Source of the DNA: Podarcis erhardii
Taxonomy: Eukaryota
Length of the DNA stretch: 64,000 nucleotides
Reading direction: 5' to 3' (one strand)
Assembly: GCA_964252035.1 (NCBI GenBank)
Contig: OZ176205.1
The first letter of the stretch is position 1. The number at the start of each line of letters is the position of its first letter. The notes under the pieces were generated by a model. It had not been told where the DNA came from, did no database searches, and saw nothing but the letters and a program-made list of their open reading frames with translations. The position numbers and the translations under genes were made by a program. This document shows positions 1-13,468 of the stretch, piece after piece.

Positions 1-1704
1 GCATCTTGTCCAGAGTGGTTCCACCCACAGGAAGACCATTTTGATGTTGCTCTTTCAGCAGCAACCTGTTGAAGCCAGGCAGGTCACACATTAATTTCAT
101 ACATTAAATTAATAAAAGTCTAGTAATGTAGCAAACAGCTACATTTATCTTCCACGGTGTGATTAACATTTCTGGCCTGGATTCAGCGTTCTCTGACTTC
201 CAGTGCAAGTGCTGTTGCATTAGTGTGAGGGCAAAAATAAAGGTTGCAGAACATGAAATGTCGCACAACTGTTGCGCTGGTGGGATGATGTTGCGAAGCA
301 TCGGGACTTCTGTTGCACAACCAGTCATGAGAACTCATGGGGCTTTCTGCTCCTTCTCTTGGACAAACCACTCCACTAGCACACTGCTAAGTGACTTTAA
401 ATTAGCACAATGTTGAATTCCTGCCCATGTGTAGAATGTGCTGTGTTAAACATGGAAAATATTTTTGGGGGTGTTGGTTATATGACACAGGAATTGTACT
501 GGTCCTGTCTGGCATGTATGTGGAGAGCACTGATCTTTCGTTTGCCACTCATCATCTATTTTTTGCGTACGTAGACATTTTATTTTCAAACAGAAACACC
601 ACTCTTCTCTTTTCAGAAGGAAATGAAGCCTACAAAGGGCTCCTAACTTGTCATCACTCTGAAAAGAGAAGACCATTATAATAATCATCATCTCATAATG
701 TAATACAGTATTTAATTTAGTTGCCTAATTATTTTGAATCATACTTTATTATTAAATCATTTATCTTTATAATCTTTAATGAAGGATGTAATGAACTCAA
801 TACATACAGTGTGCCATTTTAAAATTAGTTATAATCCCAAATTCTTAGCTCTTCGTCTTAGCATATCTGGCTTCGGGAGAAAAATATGTTCATCATCTAT
901 GCATTTGGGCAAATGTCTACAATTTGGTGAACACTGGTAATCCCAGATGAATTTTGTAAATAGAAGAAAATGCTGTGGTTCATTTTGGTGTATGCACCAG
1001 TGGATCAACACAACATTCACAAGGGGGGCTCTTTTGGATATTTGCAACATTTGCTTGGATTTGGTCAACATTTTCTTGTGAATGTTAACATTAGCAAATA
1101 TTGGACATTCACTGCAATGAAAACATTTATTAGGAAGGTGCATTTCACCATGATCTTACAGGCTACAATTGGAGACCTGAAGATTTGCACAAAAAGCCAT
1201 TCATGAGCTAATGATTTATTTGAGCCACTCTTCAGCCAAAGGTTGCAGAGTGGCTCATAAGAAGTTGGAAACAAAAATGAAAAATCAGTAAAAATACTGG
1301 TTTGGGCAAAGGTTCTCCTGTGGCCTTTGCTAGTGTTATCTCTTTATACTACCAGTATTTAGGAAGCCGAAGACTACTGGATCACTCCCTATAGACAGTA
1401 AATACACTTCAACAAAGCAAACAGCTAAAATAGTTTCCGTGGGTTCAGTATTCGCTTTCTACCAAAGGAAGATCTGAATACATGTTTCATTTTTATTTAT
1501 AAAGTTTATTAATAAACGCAATATGTTCCTCTAAGTAACAACAGACAAATATCAAAGTACAGAGAAGCCTAAAATAAGCAGAACTGGTTCTTAAACATTT
1601 CTTGTTGCAGTTTTTTTTTTTAGATCTTAAGCTTTGCTTCCAACCACTTGCCTGCACCTGTGTTAGCTGGTAAACTTTGATATGGAGCTGCATAAGCCTC
1701 AACA

Positions 1705-1805
1705 TTATGTTGCGGATGAGGGCCAACAGACTGAAGCTGAATTCTGTTAAGACAGAAAAACTAGGGGTAAGTTGTTCCTAGGTTCAAGGATTGGGGAGTT
1801 TGCCT
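1705..1805 (+). mobile_element. L2 LINE fragment
   Basis: Encodes MRANRLKLNSVKTE, resembling the L2 RT C-terminal WM..N.LKLN..KTE motif. Confidence 0.65.
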
Positions 1806-2034
1806 CACCTCCTGAAAACAGGAAAGAGGAGGGACGCACTTGGAGAAGAGGATCAACAGACAAACAAGGTATGTTTCTATGGGAGTAGCTGCTCTTTTAG
1901 GCAGCTTGAATTTCAGATTTCAGTTTGGGTTTTTGGAAATCATTAAATAAAAATATTCTTTTTCATACTTACTATAAAAATCATTAACAAATTAAAACAG
2001 GGGAACTCCCATTTAAGATAGAAATATCATAAAA

Positions 2035-2170
2035 TGTTGGAGAACCTTTGGCCCTCTAAGTATTGTGGGAGTACAACTCTCAGCATCCCTAACCTTTGGC
2101 CATTCTGGTTGGGGGTGATGGAAATTGGGATCCAATAGCATCTGGAGGGCCACACAGGTTTCTCAGCCCT
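2035..2170. mobile_element. Degenerate short hairpin MITE (hAT-like, related to 27496-27631)
   Basis: GGCCCTC..TACAACTC..GATGG..CATCTGGAGGGCC mirror structure. Confidence 0.5.
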
Positions 2171-2408
2171 CATCTATGTGAAGAGAACTGTTTGATGCAT
2201 CATCATGCAGTGAGTGAAGTACAGTAATCACTCATTTACTTCACTGGAACCTAAGCTCAGTCTACTTGAGTTACTTTGCATGGTACTTCTAGAGTTGTGT
2301 GAGCTGACCCTCAGACTCAGAAGAAATCACCTCTTCTGAGCAAACCTTTGAACATCAAATGTATTTCCTGGTTTTATTTAGCTCTGTCAAAAAAGAACTT
2401 ATCACACT

Positions 2409-2436
2409 CACACACACACACACACACACACACACA
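2409..2436. repeat. (CA)n microsatellite
   Basis: Direct reading. Confidence 0.95.
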
Positions 2437-3618
2437 ACCCTTGAAGTAGTTTACCCCTGTCTCCCTTTGTCTGGAAGATTGGCAATGGTCTAGTGGAGCT
2501 GACAATGTACTTTTAAATTAGGCATGGGCTAGTGATAATTGTTAATGATTGAATGTCAATGGACGGGGGAAGTAAAATCCATTGAGAAGCACATGGGTGC
2601 TATTTGCAAGTGCCACTTATGCTGACAAGAGATTTGGATTTTCACATACGAAAGGCGAATTAAATTATGCTAAGTATATGGTTATTTAATTACCGTGAAC
2701 TAAATATCGCATAACATGGGAGTAAATAAAGTTTGCTTTATTGTTTTCTGACTTTAGATAAAAATGTCATTTGCTTCCCCTCCATCAATATTAGTGCGAT
2801 CTAAACTGTGGTTTATGTTGACACTATTGTGTGTTTAATGAACTCCTATCAAATATGCATAGCAAATAAATGCTATGTTCCATGTAAACCCCATTACAAG
2901 CCCTTTCTCACTCACACATACGCACAGTTGCTTGCTGCTCGAGTATATTAAGCACTCTTCAAAATATACTTATATTTGGATCTTTAACGTCCATATCACT
3001 TTAACGTAACTAAATCTTGATCCATTCCCATATCTCCCACTGATGTGAAAGAGAAATCAATATGATTAGAAGTTCTGCTGCTGCGGTAATGGGCAGTGCT
3101 GCTGCTTTTAAAATTCAGCCTAGAACATCACCTGGACTTGTCTGCTGAGAAAGTAGGTTTGTGGCAGAACAGATTAGACCTCTCTAAAAATCCTTGTCTA
3201 ACTACCCAGGCAGAGCCACATGATGACATTGCTTCTGATGGAGCCAAGAGAAATCCAGGCTGGCAGAGGAACCAAACTGCCTCCTTACATTTGCATAACT
3301 AAAGGCATCTTACGGAGGAGAGAGATGCACAGGGCTACATATAAGGAGCATTCCAATTGTATCAAATCATCACCCTGTATCAAATCATCAGGGCTGTTGG
3401 TCTGTGTCAGATGATTGGCATTTGGACTCAGTCGTTGGGCCCAATTCACCACAGATGCTAGAGAGCGGGCATTTTTCAACATGACAGTGCAAATATTTAG
3501 AATGCTAGAATGGTAGAGACAGCCTCTGCTATTAAGGATCATTGTGTTTTCACAAGTAATACTGTAAAAAAATGTTTCCGTCTCTTAGGAATAGGTGAGA
3601 CAGAAAGTGGGAAAGAGG

Positions 3619-3720
3619 CAGGGCTTTTTTCCAGCCAGAACTCACCGGAACCAGCACCACATAAGTGGGCGCCATTGCCAATATAAGAGAACAAGGAAGT
3701 TCCGGCACCTCTTTTTTCTA
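3619..3720 (+). mobile_element. Truncated hAT-like MITE
   Basis: CAGGGCTTTTTTCC start, ..GTTCCGGCACCTCTTTTTTCTAG interior. Confidence 0.4.
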
Positions 3721-5745
3721 GATTTTTTTAAAAATACTAGAAATTTAAATGGAAGGTGGAAGTCAGGGGAGTGACTCAGAAAGGAGTTCCCCCAGTCAGA
3801 TGACCATGATGTGAGTGGAGAACATCATAAGTTTGGGGGCCAGGCAAGATCTTTAAGACAGGGAGAATTCCCTTAACCAGCTTTTACCTACTTTTTATTT
3901 TTGGATGTGGTGCTGGAAGCACTCTTTCTATCTGCTGGAAAAGCCTCTTATCCAGTGAAGAGATCTCACCAGTAGAAAAGAGAAATAGGTGATTTTTGGC
4001 AATTGTCCTTTCCTCCTGTAGCACGTGGCCACTGAGGTTTAGGGGACATCAAGGAACAGTGTGGATGGTGGTGCTGGTAGCTTTAGCAGGGAGGAGAAAC
4101 TGGCCAAAATGCCTTCCCCTTTCTCTTCAACTATCCCAAGTAGTTCTATGCAGGAGACAGCAAACTCTACAACCAATATTTGTAGTGAAATGTAACCCAC
4201 CCTGGTTTACTGTATTCAAAAGCCAGATAACGATCAGCTGAGTAGATTAACACAGCCTTTTTGTTCTTGTGTCTCCTCTCATTAGCTTCAAATGGCCCTT
4301 AAAATAAGGCACTTCAGGGAAAATTGCAGCCCCTGTGAGTGGGGCATAATCTGAAGTGACCAAAAAACACACACATTTGTAACTACTAGCCTTGGATACT
4401 TTCACTTTGCTAGCTGAAGCATTCTGTGTCATTCTGAAGCTGCATGTTTGTTCATATGAATGGGTGCCTGTTCAATAAAAGATATTGACACCCCATCTGT
4501 TTTCTGTTTGTTGATGAATGGAATGGCAACGTTCATTCTAAGGGAGAGAGCAGTTTATAAATTCTCTTCCTCATGCTTCTGCCACGTAAATATATAATAG
4601 ATGAACAGGTCATGAGCTCCTGTTCAACATATCTTTCGCAAGGACTCTTTGATTCACAAGGACTATCACAATAATATTTTGTGGGGGGAGGGGCGTAACC
4701 AAATAAACTGCTGTCCCTTTATTTGTATTTGGTAACCTCAAGAGTTGGGTGAGAAAACACATACAAACAACTGGTTCCTTAGCTCAACAGACTTTGAAAT
4801 GAATACTTGTTTCCTCCCATCTTCAGCTCCGGATATTTTATAAAGCAGTTTTGACTCTAGTCTGCTTCATAATTCAGTATGGAACGTCTTTATACACCGC
4901 TGACAGTAATACAACTCATTTTGGGTGATTAACTTAACCTCCAGTACTACAAGTGCCTGCTTACATTAGCATATCTTTCAAGGAATAGTTGCAATGTGAG
5001 AAAATTGCCCGTAGGATTATTTGCAACTAGGAACCTGTGAAATGTAAAATAAAATTGAAGACTATAAAGTAAAACATCAAAGGCACCTAAAATATTAATA
5101 GCCAGTACTCAAAAAAAAAAAAAAAAAAGTAATTTAGAAGATTGTGTGAAGAAGTGAAAATTACTAATTTAAAAACAGATAGGGTTGGATAAAATAAAGG
5201 ACAAACAATAGATCATGTAGATTTGCTTTGAACATAATATGAAATGAACATAAGCGGTAACAGCAGCCTTATCAGTTGAAAAAGGCTTGAGTTTAATATG
5301 CTGAACCAACATGGCAACCAGATCTGTATTAAGTGCAAAAGCAAAGCAGACTTTGTCTTGTTTATGCTACACAATTGAGGAAAGAAAGAGGATTGGGGGA
5401 GGGTGGGGGAGAGCCATATTCTGCACTCTAATTAAAATGTACCCAGTGCTTGGTGGCAAAGGATATTCCCCCTTTTCTTTTATCAAGACATCTTGCCAAA
5501 TGAAAGTTATTGCAAAGCCTGCTTCCTCTGTTCTTTCTGCACAGCATTATTTCAGAGAAAAGGCAGCCTTAAAAAAAAAAAAAAAAGACTCACTGCCACG
5601 TTTAACAGAAGCTCCTGGATATAAACCAGTCGAGTTCAATTTTGGATTTGTAGTGCAAACTCTTTGCAAGTAAGTCTCCCTAAATTCAATGGGGCTTACT
5701 CTCAAAGTGTGTAACAGAACTGCAGCTGGAAAAAATAAGGCAATA

Positions 5746-6094
5746 CAGTGGTGCCTCGCAAGACGAAATTAATCCGTTCCGTGAGGCTCTTCGTCTAGCG
5801 GTTTTTTCGTCTTGCGAAGCAAGCCCATTGACAGCTTAGCGGATTAGCGCTATTAGCGGTTTAGCGGCTTTTAGTGGATCAGCTGATAAGCGGCTTATCA
5901 GCTGATAAGCGGTTTAGGGCTTAGGAAAAGGGGGGGGGAAAGGAAAAAACCCCCGCAGGAACACGCAATACATTTTCGTCTTGCGAAGCAAGCCCATAGG
6001 GAAATTCGTTTTGCGAAGCGCCTCCAAAACGGAAAACCCTTTCGTCTAGCGGGTTTTCCATCTTGCGAGGCGTTCGTCTTGTGGGGCACCACTG
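5746..6094. mobile_element. Tc1/mariner (pogo/Tigger-like) MITE, 349 bp
   Basis: TIR CAGTGGTGCCTCGCAAGACGAA / TTCGTCTTGTGGGGCACCACTG, TA on both sides, CpG-rich. Confidence 0.9.
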
Positions 6095-9000
6095 TAATGT
6101 CAGTTTGCCTGGGTTATCTATGGGCCAGGTCAAAACTGCTTGGTTCTAGATAAAGGGCATTGCTAGGGGGGCTGTACAGAGAGGTCCATGATGGGTCAGG
6201 TGATAGCACTGTTCTAGCAACACTGTTGAGGACTGGTGTTTCAAAGACAAAATACCACAGCTGTCTTCTCCACCCAGTGGCAGCATTCACTTCTCAAAGA
6301 TGTTGTCCCAAACAATGTTTCACCCTCAGATTTTGGCAGAAAGAGATAGGCCAGATCACATGTACCGACACACAGTAATGTTTCATCAAAGCAGGGTCTT
6401 AAAGTTCTCTGTATCCAATCTCCAACAAGAAATAAATTCTGATGGAAGCTCCTGTGGGGATGAACCCTCTACCTTGTGGTTATGTTGGGTCAAAAGTTGA
6501 GATGAAAGCAACTATTTCTTAAACCACATTATTTCTTACTATGCATTTCTCTCCTAATCATCCAGCGCTCTTCAATATCTATCTATTTATCTATCTAGTT
6601 ACCTAGCAGAGATATATAGCCTGTCAATTGTACCTGCCTATGCTGCAATGCTGCATGCAAACTGTGGGAATCACAACCCTAGTTTTCTTGGTCTGTATTA
6701 TTACTTACTTTATGAGGCCTTCTCAACCGATAAATAGTTGCGACAGGATTCATAAATTCTGGGATGATGTGTAAGAGGGGGAGGGGAGGAGGGGGAGTAA
6801 ACAACACTCTTGCCACTTCGCCCCCACAACTGCATTTTGAATTTAAGGGGGGGGGGTATGGCTCTTTGACAGTGACCCATGTATCAGATGATTAGTGGAA
6901 ACTGACTGGAATGACAAATAATAGAAAGACTTGCTCTCTCAGACATCACATTAAGAGACTATTTGACTGGAGCTGTTTTAATGAATTAGACACTTTTCAC
7001 TCTAAATTAAACTAAAATGTGTAGAGAGAAGGAAACTATTTTTCTACTTAATGCAACATGGCTCAATTCCCTGGTTATACTTTTACATAAGCTATACAGT
7101 TTGATTCTTTGGCTATTTTCTTTTTCAACACATTTTGTGTTTTTCTGCGAGTACCTTGGATCCTGGCCTAATTGAATCCATTGAGGTTAGCACTGTTTTG
7201 CTTTAAAATAGAACATAGGGATTGACAACCTTTTTTTACTGTAATATTTTGTATGTTGTTAACAAGCTATTGCTGTGCATTGTTTCATATTGCTACTGTG
7301 TCATAGTCTTGCTCATTGCATATCATTATCTTATTTGAATATAATAAGTGCAGCATGCAGAATACTCACAAGAGAAAATTGGATGCCAATTACAAATATT
7401 TGACAGTGACCTGTATATCTGTAGTCCTGATGCATGAATGAAAGTTTATAGCATACAAACCTACAAAACAAACTTACCTGTCATCTCATTCCACAAAAGT
7501 TGCATAAAATGCTGCACTTTCAGATTATCAGTGAATATAACTTTATTTGCTTGTTTCTAAAAATAAAATTAAAAAATGTACAAATTTAAGTGTCCCCATC
7601 AGAAGTGACCTCTCGTTTTTTTACCAATAGGAAACTTAGTTCTAGAAGAAAAAGAGGGCTGTGATATGAACATTGTTCTAGCATGAAGAACTGAGAAATG
7701 GACAAATCTTGCTGAAGTCAAAGTTGCCTAGGAAAACCCTATTGCAGATATAAATATTATGCAGTTTGAAGCGACTAGATGCATGGAAACTGACTCCTTT
7801 TGGAAATAAAACATTGTCAAGCCCCGTAAGTTTAATTAAAGCTTTATTTGCAGAACTTTCTTGAAAACAAAATAAAAACATCAAAGATACATTCATATAT
7901 TTCCATAAGACATTTTGCTGCACATTGTGCACAGGCTCAGTATCTTAGAACATATGAAATACTCCAAACAGACCTATAAGCAAAGGTGTCTATCTCTCTA
8001 TAACCTCCATTAGTCTGGAGCTGTTTACCTGGAGAGTCATTTACATCCTTACTCTCACAGAACCTTGGAACAAAGATCTCCAGCCACCACCCTTCCAAGG
8101 TGGCAAATTCAATTCAATACCACTCATGTGATCTAAGGTTAAAAGACCATGCCATTTCTGAGAATAATAACAGTTGATTATCAACCCATCTATGAGCTTG
8201 AATCCAAAGGCACTTTAACATGCAGAGCAGCCCCTCTGAATTCTGTTGACATTCAGCTCATTCGACAGTCCTCCCATGCCTTATCCAACACCTTTCCAGA
8301 AGACCCCTTGACCCTCAGCAAGTTTTGTGGGGAGCAGGGGTCTGTCACAGGGAAGAGAAGCATGTGAAGTCCCAATTGCTTGAGCAGAGTAGCAGACTTC
8401 TGTTTGATCTTCTCTGCATCAACCCTAATGGTTTAATTAACATTTATTGACTTGGCAGTTGACAATATTTTAGACCTTTTTATATATCCCTATGATATAA
8501 TCTTCTGCATGGCTTGAACCATTGCTTCTGAAACAAAAAGCACTTCTTTTGGAACTGACTGCAGAATCTGAGGTTATGTGTCTGATAACAAATTACTGAA
8601 CAAAAAAATCCCTCAGTGTGGAAGCACAGTTAAAAGATTATTTATGTGAATAGCTATATTTTGTTTTTGAATGGGCATGATTTCTAAAGAAGCTTTTAGA
8701 TAGGTAATCTACCTGTGAGGACTTGCTAAGACAACTGGGGAAGGCATTCTTTAGACAATTATCAACACACTCCACTCATAATGGGCTAGTCAACCGGCAT
8801 TCAGCTGTGCCTAGATATAGTTTTCAAAGTTGGTCTTAAATAGGTGGGGCCATTCTTGTTTGGAAATTATTCATTCTGTTGGGATGTGCTTCCACAATTC
8901 AGCAGGGACACTGATCTCTGCATAAAACCAGAGAGTGTCCCCTTCAATTGTATGAAATGGCATTCTATTGATATTTTCATAATCTTCTTAGAATTGCTAT

Positions 9001-9832
9001 TTCTTTCATTTTGTAGATATGAAAAGACCGCAGGGCAATTTTACACCCATAAAATGAGAACGAATTAATCCCTGGCAACATAATATATTCTTAACCAGTT
9101 TTCCAGTGGCTGTGGAAGCCCACAAGTTATTCCTCAGAATTTTCAGCAAAGTGAGATGGCAGTAGCAGTGATTATTGGGATTATTGGCACAATGACACTT
9201 TGGACAGTAGTGTGGGGAAGCACATTGTCACAAAGCTGTTTAGAACTTTACTGCAAGTTTCCTTGGCATTTTTTACATATCAGAATCTGGAGAAGTTATG
9301 ATTCCAAAGTTCCATGTAAAAATTGAGTTCTACCACGTTCCTTCAGTCAGAGTTTGCTCTGAGAGCCGTGGAACATTAACAAGTCCCATCACCTCTAAAG
9401 GGACATGCTCTGCTATAGGCAAAGTTTGTAGCAGCAAGGAGCCTCACATGATAAGAACTCTTGGCTATGAGAGTCTGGACGACCTGTTTTTTTATCTTCT
9501 TAAAAGGTGGCGGGGGGGGGAGGAGGAACCTGTTACTGGGCAGTAGCAGTGCTACAGTCCCCAAACTGCCTTGTAAATATATTTATTTACCTTTCGTATT
9601 GCCAAGTGGATTTTTAAAAATCACCTTAATATCTGTATGGAAATGGGACAGGATAGATTTGGTCCTCTTCTCATGCAGAACTGGGATGGACTGGACTTTA
9701 ATAGGTCCATCTACCATTCCAAGTTATGATCTAGGTTTTACTCAGGACTCTCTCTATCTCTCAATCCCTTTGCCCACAAGCTAGCCCTGCTGAGACAACC
9801 ATAAAAGATTCTGGTAGGTCTCAATATACATA

Positions 9833-10040
9833 CAGTGGTACCTCGGGTTAAGAACTTAATTTGTTCTGGAGGTCCGTTCTTAACCTGAATCTGTTCTTAA
9901 CCTGAGGTACCACTTTAGCTAATGGGGCCTCCTGCTGCCGCCGCGCCGCTGCCATGCGATTTCTGTTCTCATCCTGAAGTAAAGTTCATAACCCGAGGAA
10001 CTATTTCTGGGTCAGTGGAGTCTGTAACCTGAAGCGTCTG
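9833..10040 (+). mobile_element. CAGTGGTACCTCGGGTT-family MITE, right end truncated
   Basis: TA-CAGTGGTACCTCGGGTTAAG start; interior matches the six other copies. Confidence 0.85.
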
Positions 10041-12923
10041 TTTACAGGTCTGCTAACTTCCCTCGGACTTCCTCATTATTGGTTTGGTGACCTTACAAGC
10101 TCCTGCAGTTTCAAAGGTGGCGTCTGAATTGGTGAGCTGACTGCCACTCTTCGTTTTGAGAAATGTTTTAAATTAAAATGGTGGTAGTGGAGTTGCAGCC
10201 CTCACTGCTGTTTCAACACTTCTGTTCCTAGTTCACTGGCCAAGCAGGCAATTGTGTCTGCTCCTTCCCTCCAGCTTGTTGCAGAAGGAAAGAAATATCA
10301 CTGCAGTGGCAGGCAAGTGAGAGAAGGGCAGTGGCTACAGGTGGAAGAGGATCAGCCCTGCTGAACGGAAAGGGTTGACAAATTGGGGCAGTGGTGGCAT
10401 CAGGGTATTGGGGGGTGCACCTCACCTAGGGGAGTCCCTCAAGTCTCACTTGTGGGCAGCCCTCAAACCTGGTAGCACCTCTGTTTGGGAATTTAAATGT
10501 AAAGAAAAAACATGTCAAAAACATTTGAAATATCAGCTGTTATTAGATGCTGTTGCTCAGCAATTTAAAGAATGAAGCCTATCTTTCATATCTAAAAGCT
10601 TGTTTTTCTACTTTTGCAATTTATTGAAGGAAAAGCGAGAATATCTTTTTTCTAAAAACCATCAGTTTAATGGATATAGAGTGTTTCCTGAATTATAAAA
10701 GCATAATTGGTTGTGTTTGTAACCTCTTTTCCCCTCATTTGCATTGAAAAGGTATAAAATCTTGTACATTCTTTTGTTATGTAAGATTTCTGCTTCGGCA
10801 CTTTTCTTCCTTTCTATTTACTTTTATTTATTATAATTACTTAAAAAAAATAACTATGCCTTTGTGAAGGAGTAAATGGAATGAACAGACCATTATACTA
10901 TGTCTAATAAAGCTTTACATCTTTCCTGGCAAAAAGGAGAAAAGAGGTTTATGCAAAGTTATGTGTTGACAACACTTTTGTCAAGCCATAAATGATATGT
11001 ACGGAAAGCTGGGCTACTTCTATACCTGTAACAGCTTAGCGAGAGGTCCTAGCAAATTTCTTTAGGTTGCCTTCTCTGCATCTTGAGCAACTCATTACAT
11101 CTAGCTAAAGTGCCAAATTCTGTAATTATTGCAGGTCCACCCATAGAAGATATTTAATGTTAACTTCACACACACAGTGGGAATATTGTTGATAGGTGTG
11201 AAATTATGACATTCAATAGAACTTGTGACGGCACAAGCTGTGTAAGGATGAGAGGGCGTTTGCACCAGTCCCACCTGCAATTTCCCTGTGCATGTTGGCC
11301 TCCCCCTTAGCCCAACCTTTCATGCATTGAGCATGAAGGTGTGCAGAGCGGTTTTAATGATGTTAGCTGAACAAGGTTAGAATTCTCCACAGAACTCAAC
11401 ACATGGTTTCTGATTGAAGGGAAGATTCTAATCACTTTCAGGTGAGTACACTGAGAATCCTCCACACAACAGGAATACCCACCCTCCTATGCAATTGGGG
11501 TTCATGGTCAAAGGGAAGGTTCTAGCTACGATCAGCTGATGGTTAGAACATGGTCAAAAATCTTCATTCATGTGTTAAAGGCCAGAAGAGGTGGAAAGGT
11601 GGTACACACACAGCCACTCCAGGAATGGCATAGATGGGCATGCAATTTGCAAAACAATATTGTGCCACACAGAGTGGGGAAATATTTTGGCGCAATGGCA
11701 CTGTGTCACCTGTGCTCATCCAAAAACTCCATGGATATACATGGTGTCAATTCAGACTGATTTCCTTATCTTTTCGTTCAGGAGTTTACCCATTTTTAGG
11801 GGGCATCAGGGCTCAGGAAACACCTGAAATGAAACAGGTTTAAAATGTAGGGGGTGGATGGGGAGAAAGGAAAAGAATTTTTTTTAAAAAGCTAACACCA
11901 TCATTTTAAATATGCTCCCCGAAAAACAACTTCAGGGGGGCCCATTTTCAAAGGGCACCAAAACAGCCACCCCCCAAAAAATTCAGCACCTGCAAATGGG
12001 GCAGTGAAGGGAGTGTGTTTTGATCCACCCCTATCAAACAGACTGTTTTTTATATGCTCACTTATCTGGCAATAGACCACTGTGAGATCCCTTGTTCCTT
12101 TCCAAGTCTATCTCTTCCCAATAAACTCACTGCACTATCAGGTCTGCATAAAGAAATCTAAGAAACAAATGAGTTCATGGACAGTTTAAGTCTGATCTTT
12201 CCTGAAAACTAAAGGTGTCAGAATTTAGCTAACCACATACAGAAGAAAATATGAATGAAAATTCAAGTCACAACGAAACAACAATACCTTCAAGCTATGC
12301 CACAGTTCCCAGTTCCCATAATTTACTTTGTAAAAAGTTACATTTGGGCAGTATGGTGTTTCTCTGTGATTATAACAAATTTGCTTTCATCTCCCGTGCC
12401 ACTGCGCCTGTTGTTTCCTTTATCTCTCACACTAAAACATTGCAAAAATAATCTGAATGTTTAATGTAGACTTGCAAAGTAGCATGTAACTAATAATTCA
12501 ACTGTATCAAACAGAACATTTTTAAAACAACTGTGAGGAGCTGACATTTTGCTATGCTCGGTTATCCCACAAGAAATGGAAGACATTGTAGAGTAGTCAT
12601 ATTTGTTGCAGCTACAGAATAAAAAAAAAGTATTTCGTTCCCTCCAAGAGTAACCCATATGTTATGGGGATGAGGTCCTACTTTCTCAAATGCATGAAGT
12701 AATCACTTAAGCGGGCAGTATCAACCATGAAACCTTGCCCCCCCCCCCACCCAAAAGAAGACTTAGAACTGGAATAAGGTGTATATTTATTAACAGGTAA
12801 GAAGTTGGAGGGACTGCAAACACAATGTCCATAACAGGCTGCATTGGAGCAATCCTAACCTTCAATCGCCACTTCTGGTCAGGATTAGGCAGAGGTGTCG
12901 CTCTACTGGCAGAGGAGGACTCT

Positions 12924-13078
12924 CATACCTTCCAACAGTTTTCTGATGAAAATAGGGACATCCTATGCATACCCTCCAACATTTCTCCAATGCAAACAGG
13001 GACATCCTAAAGAAAAGTGGGACATTTCAGGGCCAATCCAGGGACTGCCCCTGGAAAACAGGGACACTTGGAGGGTCT
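12924..13078 (+). mobile_element. CATACCCTCCAACATTTCTC-family repeat (DNA-transposon-like) with duplicated 41-nt terminus
   Basis: The terminal unit occurs twice in tandem; related copies at 18584-18720, 41705-42020 and 63713-63752. Confidence 0.65.
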
Positions 13079-13429
13079 GGACTCTGTCACAGCAGAAGCC
13101 CTATGAAAGTTCAGGCAGCTGCTGCCACTGGTATTCCTACTGGCAGTAGTCTGCCTAAGCATCATAAAATGGAGTGTTATGGGGGAAGTGTGCATGCACA
13201 CAAAAGCTCATACCAATAACTAACTTAGTTGGTCCTACTGGAAAGGTGCTACAGGAAGGAATTTTTTAAAAATTATTTTATTTTGTTAAGAAAACAGAGA
13301 TTGGGTTTCTACCTTCACGTGCTCTGATGTGATTAACTGCACTGTACCAGGATTCAGGGTAAATTCATCTGAAGTGCTGTTTGATGCTTTTAAAACTCCC
13401 ATTCTCCCTCTCTCCACCTCCACCTCCTC

Positions 13430-13468
<39 letters not shown>

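Noticed and set aside
829-1143. 104-aa ORF with HWCIHQ resembling the hAT HCxxH motif
   Set aside because: No other hAT motifs, TIRs or TSD found.
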